Positions 36,110 to 46,130 are shown, counted from the first letter of the stretch. The stretch is DNA of 51,190 bases from Oscillospiraceae bacterium (GCA_028706415.1 JAQWBK010000001.1:1-51190), one strand, 5' to 3'. The notes: generated from the letters alone by a model not told the origin. Program-made: numbers and translations.

Positions 36110-37024
36110 TTATAATGACTCCGCTTCATTTTTCAGAATACGCTTTCTGTATTCGACAGGAGCGCATCCCATGGAACGCCTGAACATCTTGTAAAAGCTC
36201 TGTACCGTCTCATAATTTAAGACTTCAGCGATTTGAGTAATGCTGTTGCGCTCATCCTTGAGCAACTCTTTGCTAACTTCAATTTTTTTATTATTAATGT
36301 ACTGCTGCAGCGTTATCCCCATCTTCGCCCGAAATAGATGGGATATATATGACGGACTATAACATAAGTCTGTGGCAATATCTTTTATACTCTTAATATT
36401 TAAAATATTATTATCTACATATCGAATAACAGAATAGGTGGTATGTCCAACAATCAGTTTTACCTTTGCTTCCTCAACCGACTGATGATAATTATCTGCA
36501 CCTTCCATCCTAAATATTCTGTATATATGTATCAGAATTTGATTGACATAAGAGTTTATCATGATTTTATTAAGTAATTGCTTGGCATAGATCTCACTCA
36601 AAAGCTGATTGAAATAGGTGCGTGTGTGATTTTTGTCATTAAGCAGAAAAAGCTGGGGATTGTTATAGAATTCCAGTATCTCATTTATGCCGCTTTTTTT
36701 GGCTTCGGGCTTGAAATTGAACCCGATATAAGTATATCTGAGTTGCTCATCCTTATCGGCCAGAATTTTATGAACGCTTCCTTTGGGTATTATATGAATA
36801 TCCCCTTGTGAAGCTTCCATTGCCTTGCCGTTTGTGAAAAATGTGCACCTTCCGGACACAATATAACTAATCTCATTGCATATCTGGGTATGTGCCATTA
36901 CCTCATATCCAGATTCCACAACCAGCTCGCCTGTCTGAACAACATCAACATAGTCCAATGAGATTGGATCCTCAAACCAGTTTTCAAAATGATAGGTTTT
37001 CCCCAGAACCTCCTCTTCGTACAA
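36110..37024 (-). CDS. AraC-family transcriptional regulator (cupin sensor plus dual HTH)
   Basis: The N-terminal region is cupin-like (GDIHIIPKGSVHKI). The C-terminal AraC HTH region reads IKDIATDLCYSPSYISHLFRAKMG...IAEVLNYETVQSFYKMFRRSMGCAPVEYR. Confidence 0.9.
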   Translation of the reverse strand: MYEEEVLGKTYHFENWFEDPISLDYVDVVQTGELVVESGYEVMAHTQICNEISYIVSGRCTFFTNGKAMEASQGDIHIIPKGSVHKILADKDEQLRYTYIGFNFKPEAKKSGINEILEFYNNPQLFLLNDKNHTRTYFNQLLSEIYAKQLLNKIMINSYVNQILIHIYRIFRMEGADNYHQSVEEAKVKLIVGHTTYSVIRYVDNNILNIKSIKDIATDLCYSPSYISHLFRAKMGITLQQYINNKKIEVSKELLKDERNSITQIAEVLNYETVQSFYKMFRRSMGCAPVEYRKRILKNEAESL

Positions 37025-37087
37025 AGCAATCTCTCCTTTAAAAGTCTTGAATCAATTTGTATACTTATTTATCTGAATCAGCTTTTT

Positions 37088-37101
37088 CAATTTATAAATT
37101 G
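37088..37101. promoter_or_regulatory. Perfect 14-bp palindrome in the divergent AraC / DUF4838 promoter region
   Basis: CAATTTATAAATTG is its own reverse complement. A TATAAT hexamer lies at 37109-37114 just downstream, so the palindrome overlaps a plausible -35/spacer for the plus-strand gene. Confidence 0.35.
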
Positions 37102-37163
37102 ATATTTATAATATTCTGAACTATACTGATTTTAACAATGTCATAGAAGGATAGGGAATTATT

Positions 37164-38120
37164 ATGTTTAACTACAAAGGGCTAGTCATATATCAGGATG
37201 AGATCTCCTCTTATTGGAACGGTTTATTATTAAAGTCAGATTTGAATTTGATCGGCATCCATCCCGTCGGAGGTTTAACCGGAGGAAGGGCTGTTGATGA
37301 GGCAATCGAGAACATTAAACGACCGGAGACGCAAGCTCTTTTAAACGAGCTGAAAAGCCATAACATTAATATCGAATATGAAATGCATGCACTTTCATGG
37401 CTGCTGCCCCGGGAATTATTTCAAACACACCCCGATTGGTTCAGGATGAACGACCGGCAGGAGCGGGTTAACGATTATAATCTATGTCCGTCCAACAAGG
37501 ACGCCCTTGATTATGTATCTCAAAGAGCAGCAATCCTTGCAAATATTTTCACACCTACTACCAACCGTTATCATTTCTGGCTGGACGATCATACCGATTC
37601 TAAATGCCGCTGTCATGAATGCACTAAATTGACCGCCTCGGATTCGTCCCTTTTGGTTTACAATGCCATTCTTAAGGGAATTAAAACCGTAAACCCGTTA
37701 GCAAGTCAGTGTTATTTAGCATACCATGATACATTAATTCAGCCGTCTTGTGTGGAACCTGAGCCAGGAATTTTTTTGGAATATGCCCCGATGAACAGGG
37801 ATTTAAATATTCCTTTATCCGACAAGAGTTCCGTTAAAAATGCAGGTCAGATCAAGCCGCTGGATGACCTTTTGGGCTTTTTCGGTACTAAAAACGCCAA
37901 AGCGCTGGACTACTGGCTGGACAATTCATACTTTTCCGAATGGGAAAAGCCTATGAAATATTTTACGCTTAACAAAGATGTTGTCAAAAGGGATGCTGAA
38001 TTTTACCGAAACAAGGGCTTTGATACCGCTACCTGCTTTGCTTGTTTTCTGGGAGAAGAATATTATAACCTGTATAATGAATTCCCGAATATCCAATCTT
38101 ACTGTGACGCAATTAGATAG
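37164..38120 (+). CDS. Short (318-aa) DUF4838-like protein, catalytic-core-only paralogue, cytoplasmic
   Basis: It aligns by eye with the core of the four long paralogues (HALSWLLPRELFQTHPDWF ... CPSN ... WLDDHTDSKCRCHEC ... YLAYH). It lacks their N-terminal domain and the C-terminal IPWVQG/LRWPLWYV region. Confidence 0.65.
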   Translation: MFNYKGLVIYQDEISSYWNGLLLKSDLNLIGIHPVGGLTGGRAVDEAIENIKRPETQALLNELKSHNINIEYEMHALSWLLPRELFQTHPDWFRMNDRQERVNDYNLCPSNKDALDYVSQRAAILANIFTPTTNRYHFWLDDHTDSKCRCHECTKLTASDSSLLVYNAILKGIKTVNPLASQCYLAYHDTLIQPSCVEPEPGIFLEYAPMNRDLNIPLSDKSSVKNAGQIKPLDDLLGFFGTKNAKALDYWLDNSYFSEWEKPMKYFTLNKDVVKRDAEFYRNKGFDTATCFACFLGEEYYNLYNEFPNIQSYCDAIR

Positions 38121-38172
38121 GTTGTTTTCTATTATAGCATATTAGTAACTAAAAAGACCTGAATATTTCTGT

Positions 38173-38206
38173 AATCAGTCGTATATTTTTATTCGGCTGA
38201 TTTTCA
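38173..38206 (+). terminator. Candidate terminator after the short DUF4838-like gene
   Basis: AATCAGTCG (38173-38181) and CGGCTGATT (38194-38202) pair at 8 of 9 positions. The loop is 12 nt and A/T-rich, and TTTTC follows. Confidence 0.4.
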
Positions 38207-38254
38207 TTATGCTTAATTTTTAATTGTTTTGGTTGTCATGTTTTGTGGTAATGG

Positions 38255-38369
38255 TTGCGAATATATGCTTTCTATTATTTGTGCTATTGTAGTTTTCGCT
38301 ATTGGATGCTATGATTGAATTGCATTTATAGTATACAATAATTTGTGATATTTGCGATAATATATATGC
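38255..38369. promoter_or_regulatory. AT-rich 300-bp regulatory spacer with direct repeats TTGCGAATATATGC / TTGCGATAATATATATGC
   Basis: The repeats sit at 38255-38268 and 38352-38369, upstream of the plus-strand operon that starts at 38422. They resemble TCGCAAATATGC at 36033-36043. Confidence 0.3.
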
Positions 38370-38421
38370 AAATTTACGGAATTGGTATTGGAGCTATCAT
38401 CATGCTTTAGGGGGTTGTTTT

Positions 38422-40089
38422 ATGGTGGGAAACAGAAATCCTGTCTATTCCGATATGGTTATTGTTCAGGATGGTCACCCCTATGCAACCATTGTTGTGG
38501 CGCAGAATCCTTCATCAAAGGTTTTAAAAGCTGCCGAAGATCTACAAGATATGATTAAGCGCATATCAGGCGCCACGCTTCCAATATCTGATGACCGCCT
38601 GACAGGAGTGGGAAACAGAATCCTGGTCGGGGAATCAAGAGAAACTATCGATATGGGCTTTTTGCAACCGCACGGTTATCCCGACAATGAGCGGGTGATC
38701 TTATGGCGGGACGGTGAAAAGCTGGTTCTCATGGGAAATGACGATGAGGTGTTCACAGGTACGCAGTTTGCTGTAACCATGCTGCTCGAAAGGCTTGGTT
38801 GCGGGTGGTACGGCATTGACGAGCTATGGCAGGTCATCCCTAAGAAAGATAACCTTTGTGTCGGATATTTACATATAGATCATACACCGGCTTTCAGCTC
38901 CCGCCGGAACTGGGTTCTGAGAACAAATCGCGAACTGAGTCTGCGATGGTATCTCGGAGGCAGCGAAAAAGAAATCGAACACGCATACTGGCGGCTGTTC
39001 CCGCGTGAAATATATTTTGAACAACACCCCCAGTGGTACTGTCTGATTGACGGCGTTCGGAATCCTTTTATTGAATGGTGGCAGATGTGCTATTCAAACC
39101 CTGAAGTTGTACAACAAACGATCGAAAAAATTGACAGGTTTATTATTGATAACCCAACCTATACCCAGGCTACTCTTTCGGCAAACGATGGCTTTTTCGA
39201 AGGCTTTTGCGAGTGTGAAGAATGCCGAAAAATGGGTACGCCCGGAGAAACAATGGTTAGGTTTGTCAATCAGGTTGCTGAAGGCCTTGAAAAATCGCAT
39301 CCTGATAAGCACCTCATGATTTTTATCTATTTCCCCACCTATGACCCGCCGAGAACAAAAATGCCGCTGCACAAAAATGTCATGCTGATGTTCTGTAAGG
39401 AGTCCTGTATGTTCCATTCCGTTGATACCGGACCGGACTGCGGATATCATATCCGGTATCAATATGAATTCGGGCATACCTTTTATGAGCTGCCCTGGCT
39501 GGAAAACGCTAAAAAGTGGATGGATATGACCGACTGCAAAAATGTTTCAATATGGGAGTGGTATTGCCCTGCTGCAGCTCTTCCGGTTTGGAAGGATATA
39601 CCGTGGGTGCAGGGCGATGTAGCCACCCGCAACCAACGCTGTTTTAAGGAACTGGGCGCTCAGTACATATATTACGATCAGGGACCGGTAGATGCGTATA
39701 ACGATACCCAGTCAAGCTATCCGCTACGGTGGCCGCTGTGGTATGTCGTGGCAAAAGGTATGTGGGACATGCATATAACAGCATCCGAAATTATTATGGA
39801 AGCCTGCAAAAAACTTTTTGAAGAAGCTGCCGATCTCATGTTCTCTTATTACAGCTGCCTTGCAGATATCAATGAAAGCTGTGACGCAAAGGCAATTGCG
39901 TGGCATATGCCCGAGCCCTATGAATTTTATACTCCCGAGGCTATATCAAGGGTTGACAGAATCGTCAATTTGGGTGAAAGCATCCTCCCCCAGGTATCAA
40001 AAACCGTGCGGCTCAGAATGGAAAACCAATTTTCGCTTTGGCGTAAAGCAAATGAAGTCATTCAGGAAACCAAGCCCGGTGATAAATAA
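38422..40089 (+). CDS. DUF4838-like putative glycosidase, cytoplasmic form (right arm)
   Basis: It is a paralogue of 18747..20426. Motifs are LGCGWYGIDELW, HPQWY, ANDGFFEGFCECEEC, IPWVQGDVATRN and LRWPLWYV. There is no signal peptide. A GGGGG RBS lies 8 nt upstream. Confidence 0.8.
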   Translation: MVGNRNPVYSDMVIVQDGHPYATIVVAQNPSSKVLKAAEDLQDMIKRISGATLPISDDRLTGVGNRILVGESRETIDMGFLQPHGYPDNERVILWRDGEKLVLMGNDDEVFTGTQFAVTMLLERLGCGWYGIDELWQVIPKKDNLCVGYLHIDHTPAFSSRRNWVLRTNRELSLRWYLGGSEKEIEHAYWRLFPREIYFEQHPQWYCLIDGVRNPFIEWWQMCYSNPEVVQQTIEKIDRFIIDNPTYTQATLSANDGFFEGFCECEECRKMGTPGETMVRFVNQVAEGLEKSHPDKHLMIFIYFPTYDPPRTKMPLHKNVMLMFCKESCMFHSVDTGPDCGYHIRYQYEFGHTFYELPWLENAKKWMDMTDCKNVSIWEWYCPAAALPVWKDIPWVQGDVATRNQRCFKELGAQYIYYDQGPVDAYNDTQSSYPLRWPLWYVVAKGMWDMHITASEIIMEACKKLFEEAADLMFSYYSCLADINESCDAKAIAWHMPEPYEFYTPEAISRVDRIVNLGESILPQVSKTVRLRMENQFSLWRKANEVIQETKPGDK

Positions 40090-40114
40090 ATGCGAATGTT
40101 AGGAAGAAAATACA

Positions 40115-42094
40115 ATGATGGATTTAACCTTTAAAAACTTGTCTCTTAAAAGCGCAAATCTTAACCGGGAAAGTGCATTTCCTTCAATAATACCGGTTAT
40201 AAATGTTCAAACAGAAAAGTCCGTTTCTTTGGATGAGGAAGATGAGATATTTTTTGATATAGGGAAAATCCGGAGTATTTACCCTTATAACCAGCAGGAT
40301 CTGTATGACCGCTCCCTTGAAGATCGTAAGTATAAAGCCGCGGTTCTTGAAAACAATTACCTGAAAGCGATTTTCTTGCCCGAGCTTGGCGGAAGACTAT
40401 GGTCGCTGTATGACAAAATTTCCGGAAGGGAGCTTTTGTATTTAAACGACAGTATAAGATTTTGCAATCTGGCGCTCCGCAACGCATGGTTCAGCGGCGG
40501 CGTTGAATGGAACATTGGGATGATCGGGCACACTCCGTTCACCTGCGAACCCTTATTCACTGCTCGTCTAAAAGCCTCTGATGGAACTCCGATACTGAGA
40601 ATGTATGAATATGAAAGGCTCCGCGGTGTCACCTATCAGATGGATTTCAGCCTGCCTGGGAATTCCCAAATGCTACTGTGCCGTATGCGGATATGCAATC
40701 TGCAAAACCGCACCATTCCCATGTATTGGTGGAGTAATATGGCCATCAGGGAACAAAAAGATGTTCGGGTTATAGTGCCCGCCGATTCGTCCTATTACAG
40801 CACCGGGAATACCATCAGCAAGACCACGGTACCCATACGAAAGGGACGAGATGTGTCATATCCTGTGAACACCGATAGCTCGATGGACTATTTTTACCGT
40901 ATTCCGGATGGGAAAAGAAATTACATCGCAGCGGTTGACCGGACAGGACAAGGAATGGTGCAAACCTCTACCCGCCGCCTAAGGGGAAGAAAGCTGTTCG
41001 TTTGGGGGCAGTGCCAAGGTGGGCATACTTGGCAGCGCTTTTTGACTGATAAAGCGGGTGATTATGCAGAAATCCAGGCAGGGCTTGGGCGCACTCAGTA
41101 TGAATGTATCCCCATGCCGCCGCTCAGCGCATGGGAGTGGGTCGAAGGTTATGGCGCACTTAACGCCAATCCCAGTGCCGTACACGGTGACTGGGACACA
41201 GCTCAAATCGAAGTGGAAAACAGACTTAATGAGATTGCTACCGAAAAGTGGTTTGATGATTATTTGAAATCCTCATTAAAGGATTACACCCTAAAAAAAG
41301 GAGAGGTCATTCAATACGGCTCGGGTTTCGGAGCTCTTGAAAGCCTAAGAAGATTAAAGTCGGGGGAGAAATTTCCCGATCACCTTGATTTCGGAAAACC
41401 GGATGAAAAACAGCAGCATTGGTTGCAGCTACTCGAAACCGGAAAGCTTCCCAGCCCTAACCCCAAAGAAAGCCCTCCTTCTTATATGCTCGACGATAAA
41501 TGGTTTGAATTATTAAAAGAAAGCTGTAAAAATGATGCGACCAACTGGTACGCCCATTATCATATCGGTATGTTCCTTATCGGACGCGGTGATTATCTTA
41601 ATGCCGCGCGGAGTCTTGAAACATCTTGGTCAATACAGCCGTCATGCTGGATCAGCTATGGGCTGGCGGCCTGCTGTTATGCAGACGGTGACCTTGAAAA
41701 CGCAGTCAAACATATACTGGATGCACTGAAGTTTAATCCGGATGATGTATCTCTTGCAAGGGACTGTTTTAGATTTATGTATGAGGCCGATATGTTTGGT
41801 GAAATACAGGAGTGCTATAAAAATATTTCTGTCTCCCTCCAACAGGACGGCAAACTTAAATTCTACCTTGCCGTCGCCTATGCGAAAATGGGTGAGTTGG
41901 AAAAAGCAGAGTCACTGCTATATGAAAATGGTGGTTTGATAATCCCCGTCATTCGGGAAGGCGAGGTTTCGCTTACATCTCTATGGTTTTTCATTGAAGA
42001 GCAGAAACACATAAAGCGCGGCGAGATTTTTGATGCAAATATTCAGCCTCCCGAATTTTTAGATTACCGTACTGCTGTTAAAAATGAAACTTAA
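40115..42094 (+). CDS. DUF5107-like domain protein with C-terminal TPR repeats (cytoplasmic, function unknown)
   Basis: The N-terminal ~400 aa carry NAWFSGGVEWNIGMIGHTP and RKLFVWGQCQGGHTWQRFL, which I remember as DUF5107-type patterns. The C-terminal part is TPR-like (WYAHYHIGMFLIGRGDYLNAARSLE, KFYLAVAYAKMGELEKAE). Confidence 0.55.
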   Translation: MMDLTFKNLSLKSANLNRESAFPSIIPVINVQTEKSVSLDEEDEIFFDIGKIRSIYPYNQQDLYDRSLEDRKYKAAVLENNYLKAIFLPELGGRLWSLYDKISGRELLYLNDSIRFCNLALRNAWFSGGVEWNIGMIGHTPFTCEPLFTARLKASDGTPILRMYEYERLRGVTYQMDFSLPGNSQMLLCRMRICNLQNRTIPMYWWSNMAIREQKDVRVIVPADSSYYSTGNTISKTTVPIRKGRDVSYPVNTDSSMDYFYRIPDGKRNYIAAVDRTGQGMVQTSTRRLRGRKLFVWGQCQGGHTWQRFLTDKAGDYAEIQAGLGRTQYECIPMPPLSAWEWVEGYGALNANPSAVHGDWDTAQIEVENRLNEIATEKWFDDYLKSSLKDYTLKKGEVIQYGSGFGALESLRRLKSGEKFPDHLDFGKPDEKQQHWLQLLETGKLPSPNPKESPPSYMLDDKWFELLKESCKNDATNWYAHYHIGMFLIGRGDYLNAARSLETSWSIQPSCWISYGLAACCYADGDLENAVKHILDALKFNPDDVSLARDCFRFMYEADMFGEIQECYKNISVSLQQDGKLKFYLAVAYAKMGELEKAESLLYENGGLIIPVIREGEVSLTSLWFFIEEQKHIKRGEIFDANIQPPEFLDYRTAVKNET

Positions 42095-42113
42095 ATGATC
42101 CGGGGGTGTAATT

Positions 42114-43004
42114 TTGCTACGTGGCTTGAAATTTCATTTTAATAATGAATATTCATGTGAACCTGTGAGATGCGGTTCCATTCTTATGTGGCAAATCGGC
42201 GACATCGGTTGTGACCCCGGCTATGTAGTAAAGGATCACGAGCAATGTTGCTATGAAATCACCTGCGTTGTGGGTGGCCGCGGCTCAATATCCCGAAATG
42301 ACAAATTTTACGACATTCATAAAGGGCAGCTTTTTTTGAACCGTTGCGGGGAAATACATTGTATAAAATCGGATGTAATGGAGCCTATCCGCTACTTTTA
42401 CCTTGGATTTGATTTTGATAAAAAACTAACACAAGGAATATGGAAGGATATTAAGGACGCTTTTGACGAATGCGAAAACCCGCTGGCCAATGATATATCC
42501 GATGTTCACAATATCTTTTCAAGCGTTTTTAACGAAATGATGACCAATGACACGGCATCCCAGAAAATGATTGAATATTCCGTTTATCAAATACTTTTGC
42601 TCTCATACCGCGCTCTTATGCTGAAAAATCCCCGCCGTTACATATCGGGAGAGCCCATGGAGCAGTCGCGACAGCTGATTTATTCGATCATCGTCTATAT
42701 TGACACAAATATTTGTGCAATAGAGCATCTGAACGATGTTAGCAAACAGGTCGGATACAGCTATACCTATATATCCAGACTCTTCACAAAGGTTGTAGGT
42801 AAATCCCTCAGGAATTATTACAATGAAAAAAGATTTGAAAAGGCCGTTGGCTTTCTGGCGTCCGGAATGAAAAGCACGCAGGTCGCCACTCTACTTAATT
42901 ATAAATCTCTGCATAGCTTCAGCAAAGCCTTCAGTAATTATTACGGTATGTCACCTACCCAATACAAGGAAAAAGTTTTAAACAAAAATAAGGACAATTG
43001 TTAA
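42114..43004 (+). CDS. AraC-family transcriptional regulator (cupin sensor plus dual HTH)
   Basis: The TTG start has GGGGGTG upstream. The cupin-like part reads KGQLFLNRCGEIHCI. The AraC HTH reads LNDVSKQVGYSYTYISRLFTKVVG...VATLLNYKSLHSFSKAFSNYYGMSPTQYK. Confidence 0.88.
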   Translation: MLRGLKFHFNNEYSCEPVRCGSILMWQIGDIGCDPGYVVKDHEQCCYEITCVVGGRGSISRNDKFYDIHKGQLFLNRCGEIHCIKSDVMEPIRYFYLGFDFDKKLTQGIWKDIKDAFDECENPLANDISDVHNIFSSVFNEMMTNDTASQKMIEYSVYQILLLSYRALMLKNPRRYISGEPMEQSRQLIYSIIVYIDTNICAIEHLNDVSKQVGYSYTYISRLFTKVVGKSLRNYYNEKRFEKAVGFLASGMKSTQVATLLNYKSLHSFSKAFSNYYGMSPTQYKEKVLNKNKDNC

Positions 43005-43059
43005 TGCGGTTAAGATAAACGAAAGATGACCGTGAGCTTAAAATCGCATATGTGGAGAA

Positions 43060-43977
43060 ATGGGGATTTTTATGAGAATCATGGGTTTGGATTGTGGAGT
43101 GACCGAAATACGCGGCATTGTATGCAACCAGGACGGAAAAGTTCTTAATACTGCACGAATGGCTGCAGAGTCAGGTGAGGGCTTTTTTAAATATATTCAT
43201 AATATTCAGTCCCTGGTAAATACACTTGCACAACCTTACAGCGAAATTAGCTGCGTCGGGGTGGCTTCAACCGGCCGTATCGATCCCCAAAACGGGATCG
43301 TTTTAAATTCTACAATCCCGGGTTATACAGGAATCAACCTTCGTGTGGTGGTCAGTTCGGTGCTTGATGTGGATGTTGTGGTACAAAATAGTGACCGTGC
43401 AGCCCTAATAGGTGAAAGCTGGATGGGTGCTGCAAAAGGCTACAAAGATGTCGTTCTTTTAACATTGGGAACCATTGTCGGCGGCGCAACCATGATTGAC
43501 GGAAACATTCACCACGGCAGTAGTTTTCGCGCAGGTGAGTGGGGGCATATGCAGCTTATCCCAAACGGGAAACCCTGTTCATGTGGAAGGACAGGCTGTC
43601 TGGAGCAATACATAGCGACAAGTATCCTTTCGGAACAAATGGAAAGAGTGCTTGGCCTAAACGCCTGCAGGGAGGAATACCATGAGCTTTACCCGGGCGA
43701 AAATGAAAATATTGCAGCCGTTCTTGGTGAATTCACCGGTCATCTTGCCTGGGCGGTGGGAAACATAGAAGCTACCGCGGATCCCGAACTGGTTTTGATT
43801 GGTGGAGAAAGCTTTGAATGGTTTGATATTTTTTCACCCCTTCTTTCCGGCGAACTGGCAAAACGAAACATCCGTCTTCCGGTCAAAAAAATACTGCTAG
43901 GCTCAGATTCAGGTTGTATTGGAGCAGTTAAGCTTGCACTTGAAAATTGTCAATGTACGAAAAATAAAAATAAATAA
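43060..43977 (+). CDS. ROK-family protein, sugar-kinase type (no N-terminal HTH)
   Basis: The ROK zinc motif CSCGRTGCLEQY and the ExGH motif GEWGHM are present. The N-terminal phosphate loop is the unusual GLDCGVT. An alternative start is ATG 43075. Confidence 0.85.
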   Translation: MGIFMRIMGLDCGVTEIRGIVCNQDGKVLNTARMAAESGEGFFKYIHNIQSLVNTLAQPYSEISCVGVASTGRIDPQNGIVLNSTIPGYTGINLRVVVSSVLDVDVVVQNSDRAALIGESWMGAAKGYKDVVLLTLGTIVGGATMIDGNIHHGSSFRAGEWGHMQLIPNGKPCSCGRTGCLEQYIATSILSEQMERVLGLNACREEYHELYPGENENIAAVLGEFTGHLAWAVGNIEATADPELVLIGGESFEWFDIFSPLLSGELAKRNIRLPVKKILLGSDSGCIGAVKLALENCQCTKNKNK

Positions 43978-44004
43978 TTCAGCAGAGAAAGGGAATGAAT
44001 GTAA

Positions 44005-44982
44005 ATGCAAAAACAAGCAAGAAGATTTATGGTTTTTTTCTTAGCCTTAAGTTTCATGTTCGGTACATTCATGGGATTTTCCGCTCAGGCCTTGACCGCA
44101 AAAATGATTACGATTAAAACAAACAGCGACATCAACCCCTTCATCCGCATAGGGCTGCATAAGAGAACCTTTGCATCAGGCGGCCCATTTACAGTGAAAT
44201 GTGAAATAAAAATAGACAGCTATCAGAAGTTAAAGCCCGACAGTAATATTTTTGTAAATATTACAGACGGACGCGATCCCGAAAATATGGTTGTATGGTT
44301 GAATCAATACCGAAAACCAACCGACGGATGGGTTGAAATGAAGCAGGACAACGGCAATTTTATAACCTTCAACAATATCGATAAGGTGATGATTAGCGGT
44401 GCGTTTGAGGAATTCGCCCTTCTGCAAATGGGTGCTTATTTTGTAAAAGGTGTCGTCTCTTTCCGCAATTTCCGTGTTTACAACGCTGCCAATATGATAG
44501 TTTATTCCTGGGACACCGATGAGAATTTTAAAGAAGTTACAAATCTGAAGGACTTCGGCGGAGATACTGCTTTTGCCTGCACATTTGGAGACGGCTCGGG
44601 TGAATTTCAAGTCTCGAATTCAGATCTCTCCGGTAAGACTTCCGCTGCGACCACCACAAAGGATGACGGGCCTCTTTATGAGAGCACCACCTCGTCGTCA
44701 ACTAATAAAACCACCCCCACAAAGGCAATCGACACAACCAGTCTTTTGGAGACTACCACAACTTCATCAGACGAAGAAACAGCCGAAACAACCGATGAGA
44801 TTGTTGACGACACAACCCTTGTTAGCACAACCTCTACCCTTGCTTCAGATGTTGAAACAGATGAAAAGGAAAGCTCAATTTTATGGTTGCCAATATCCAT
44901 CGTTGGCGGATTAATAATACTCCTTGGAACGGCATTCCTCATTCTGTGGAAAACAAAAAAACTCCCATGGCAGAATAATTAG
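44005..44982 (+). CDS. Surface protein with one CBM-like domain, T/S-rich stalk and a C-terminal TM anchor (right arm)
   Basis: It is a paralogue of 24450..25430 (ITIKTNSDINPFIRIGL...GGPFTVKCEIKID...FRNFRVYNAANMIVYSWDTD). It has a signal peptide, a stalk, and the TM helix LPISIVGGLIILLGTAFLIL. Confidence 0.7.
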   Translation: MQKQARRFMVFFLALSFMFGTFMGFSAQALTAKMITIKTNSDINPFIRIGLHKRTFASGGPFTVKCEIKIDSYQKLKPDSNIFVNITDGRDPENMVVWLNQYRKPTDGWVEMKQDNGNFITFNNIDKVMISGAFEEFALLQMGAYFVKGVVSFRNFRVYNAANMIVYSWDTDENFKEVTNLKDFGGDTAFACTFGDGSGEFQVSNSDLSGKTSAATTTKDDGPLYESTTSSSTNKTTPTKAIDTTSLLETTTTSSDEETAETTDEIVDDTTLVSTTSTLASDVETDEKESSILWLPISIVGGLIILLGTAFLILWKTKKLPWQNN

Positions 44983-45033
44983 GTGGCCACTTTAAAACAC
45001 CGCTTTTAGGAAATAGCCGGATAAATTTAAGGG

Positions 45034-46077
45034 ATGAGCATTATGATTAATAGATTAAACGCACAATTTAAGAATGTTTTTCAGACAGCCGACAGGTTTA
45101 TGGAGGATAATAAACAACATTATCTAAATAAAAGCGGAGGCTTTTTGAAGAGCGCCGGCAAGGCCGTTTTGATGGTGGGTTTGTGCTTTGTAATGTTATA
45201 TCCAATGCTGTTTATTCTGTCCGCAAGCTTTAAAACGCTGGATGACTTGTATAATCCTTCTGTGGTCTGGTTGCCGCGTTCATTTAATATGGAAGCCATG
45301 AAAATTGCGTTGGCACTCATGAAATACTCAGAGTCTGTTTTAAAAACACTTACAATAATGATTCCAAGCGTTTTATTTCAGTTGGTCGCCGTCCTCATGA
45401 CCGGATACGGCTTCGCAAGATTTAAATTCTGGGGGAAGAATCTACTTTTCGGATTTTTGATTTTCACAATCATTGTTCCAGTGCAGTCATACATCATCCC
45501 TCTGTATGTTAACCTGAAGAACTTTAATTTCTTTGGGGTGGGGTCGCTTATAGGTCTTGTCAGTGGCCAAGCCGTGACTACAAACCTGCTGGATACCAAC
45601 ACCCTCTTCTATTTGCAGGCAATACTGGGTATGGGTATAAGGTCCGGATTGTGCATTTTTATCATTCGTCAGTTCTTTAAAAACATTCCTGTGGAGCTTG
45701 AGGAAGCGGCCACAATTGACGGCTGCGGACCCATCAGAACATTCATGAGGGTTATGATCCCGAATGCGCTGCCGCTTATAGCTACAGTTGTTGTTTTCTC
45801 AATTGTATGGTATTGGAACGATTTTTATTTATCATCAATGTTTTTCCGCACTGATTTCCCTCTATCCGTCAACCTTACAACCCTGAGAACTACTCTAAGC
45901 TCATCAGATCAGGTGGTTAACGGTGTTTCCGGAATATCCAGTCAGGAGCTTGTGCTTATGAGGGAACCGATTTTGGCGTGCGGGTGCCTGATTACGGTCT
46001 TGCCGCTTGTTATTTTTTATGTGTTTTTGCAGCGCTATTTTACCGAAGGCGTAGAAAGAAGTGGCATTGTCGGCTGA
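45034..46077 (+). CDS. Carbohydrate ABC transporter permease (MalG-like, right arm)
   Basis: The EAA loop is VELEEAATIDGCGPIRTFMRVMIPN. It is a close paralogue of 21812..22834. An alternative start at ATG 45043 has better RBS spacing. Confidence 0.9.
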   Translation: MSIMINRLNAQFKNVFQTADRFMEDNKQHYLNKSGGFLKSAGKAVLMVGLCFVMLYPMLFILSASFKTLDDLYNPSVVWLPRSFNMEAMKIALALMKYSESVLKTLTIMIPSVLFQLVAVLMTGYGFARFKFWGKNLLFGFLIFTIIVPVQSYIIPLYVNLKNFNFFGVGSLIGLVSGQAVTTNLLDTNTLFYLQAILGMGIRSGLCIFIIRQFFKNIPVELEEAATIDGCGPIRTFMRVMIPNALPLIATVVVFSIVWYWNDFYLSSMFFRTDFPLSVNLTTLRTTLSSSDQVVNGVSGISSQELVLMREPILACGCLITVLPLVIFYVFLQRYFTEGVERSGIVG

Positions 46078-46130
46078 TTTGCTCGGTCTTGGCGTTGATC
46101 TTATCATTTTGTTATGAAAGGAACTTATTG

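Noticed and set aside
45978-46130. The track gives the right-arm binding protein a 51-codon N-terminal extension.
   Set aside because: The extension overlaps the 3' end of the permease gene in another frame and encodes no signal-peptide-like sequence. ATG 46131 gives a canonical lipoprotein signal (…FISAC) with an RBS.
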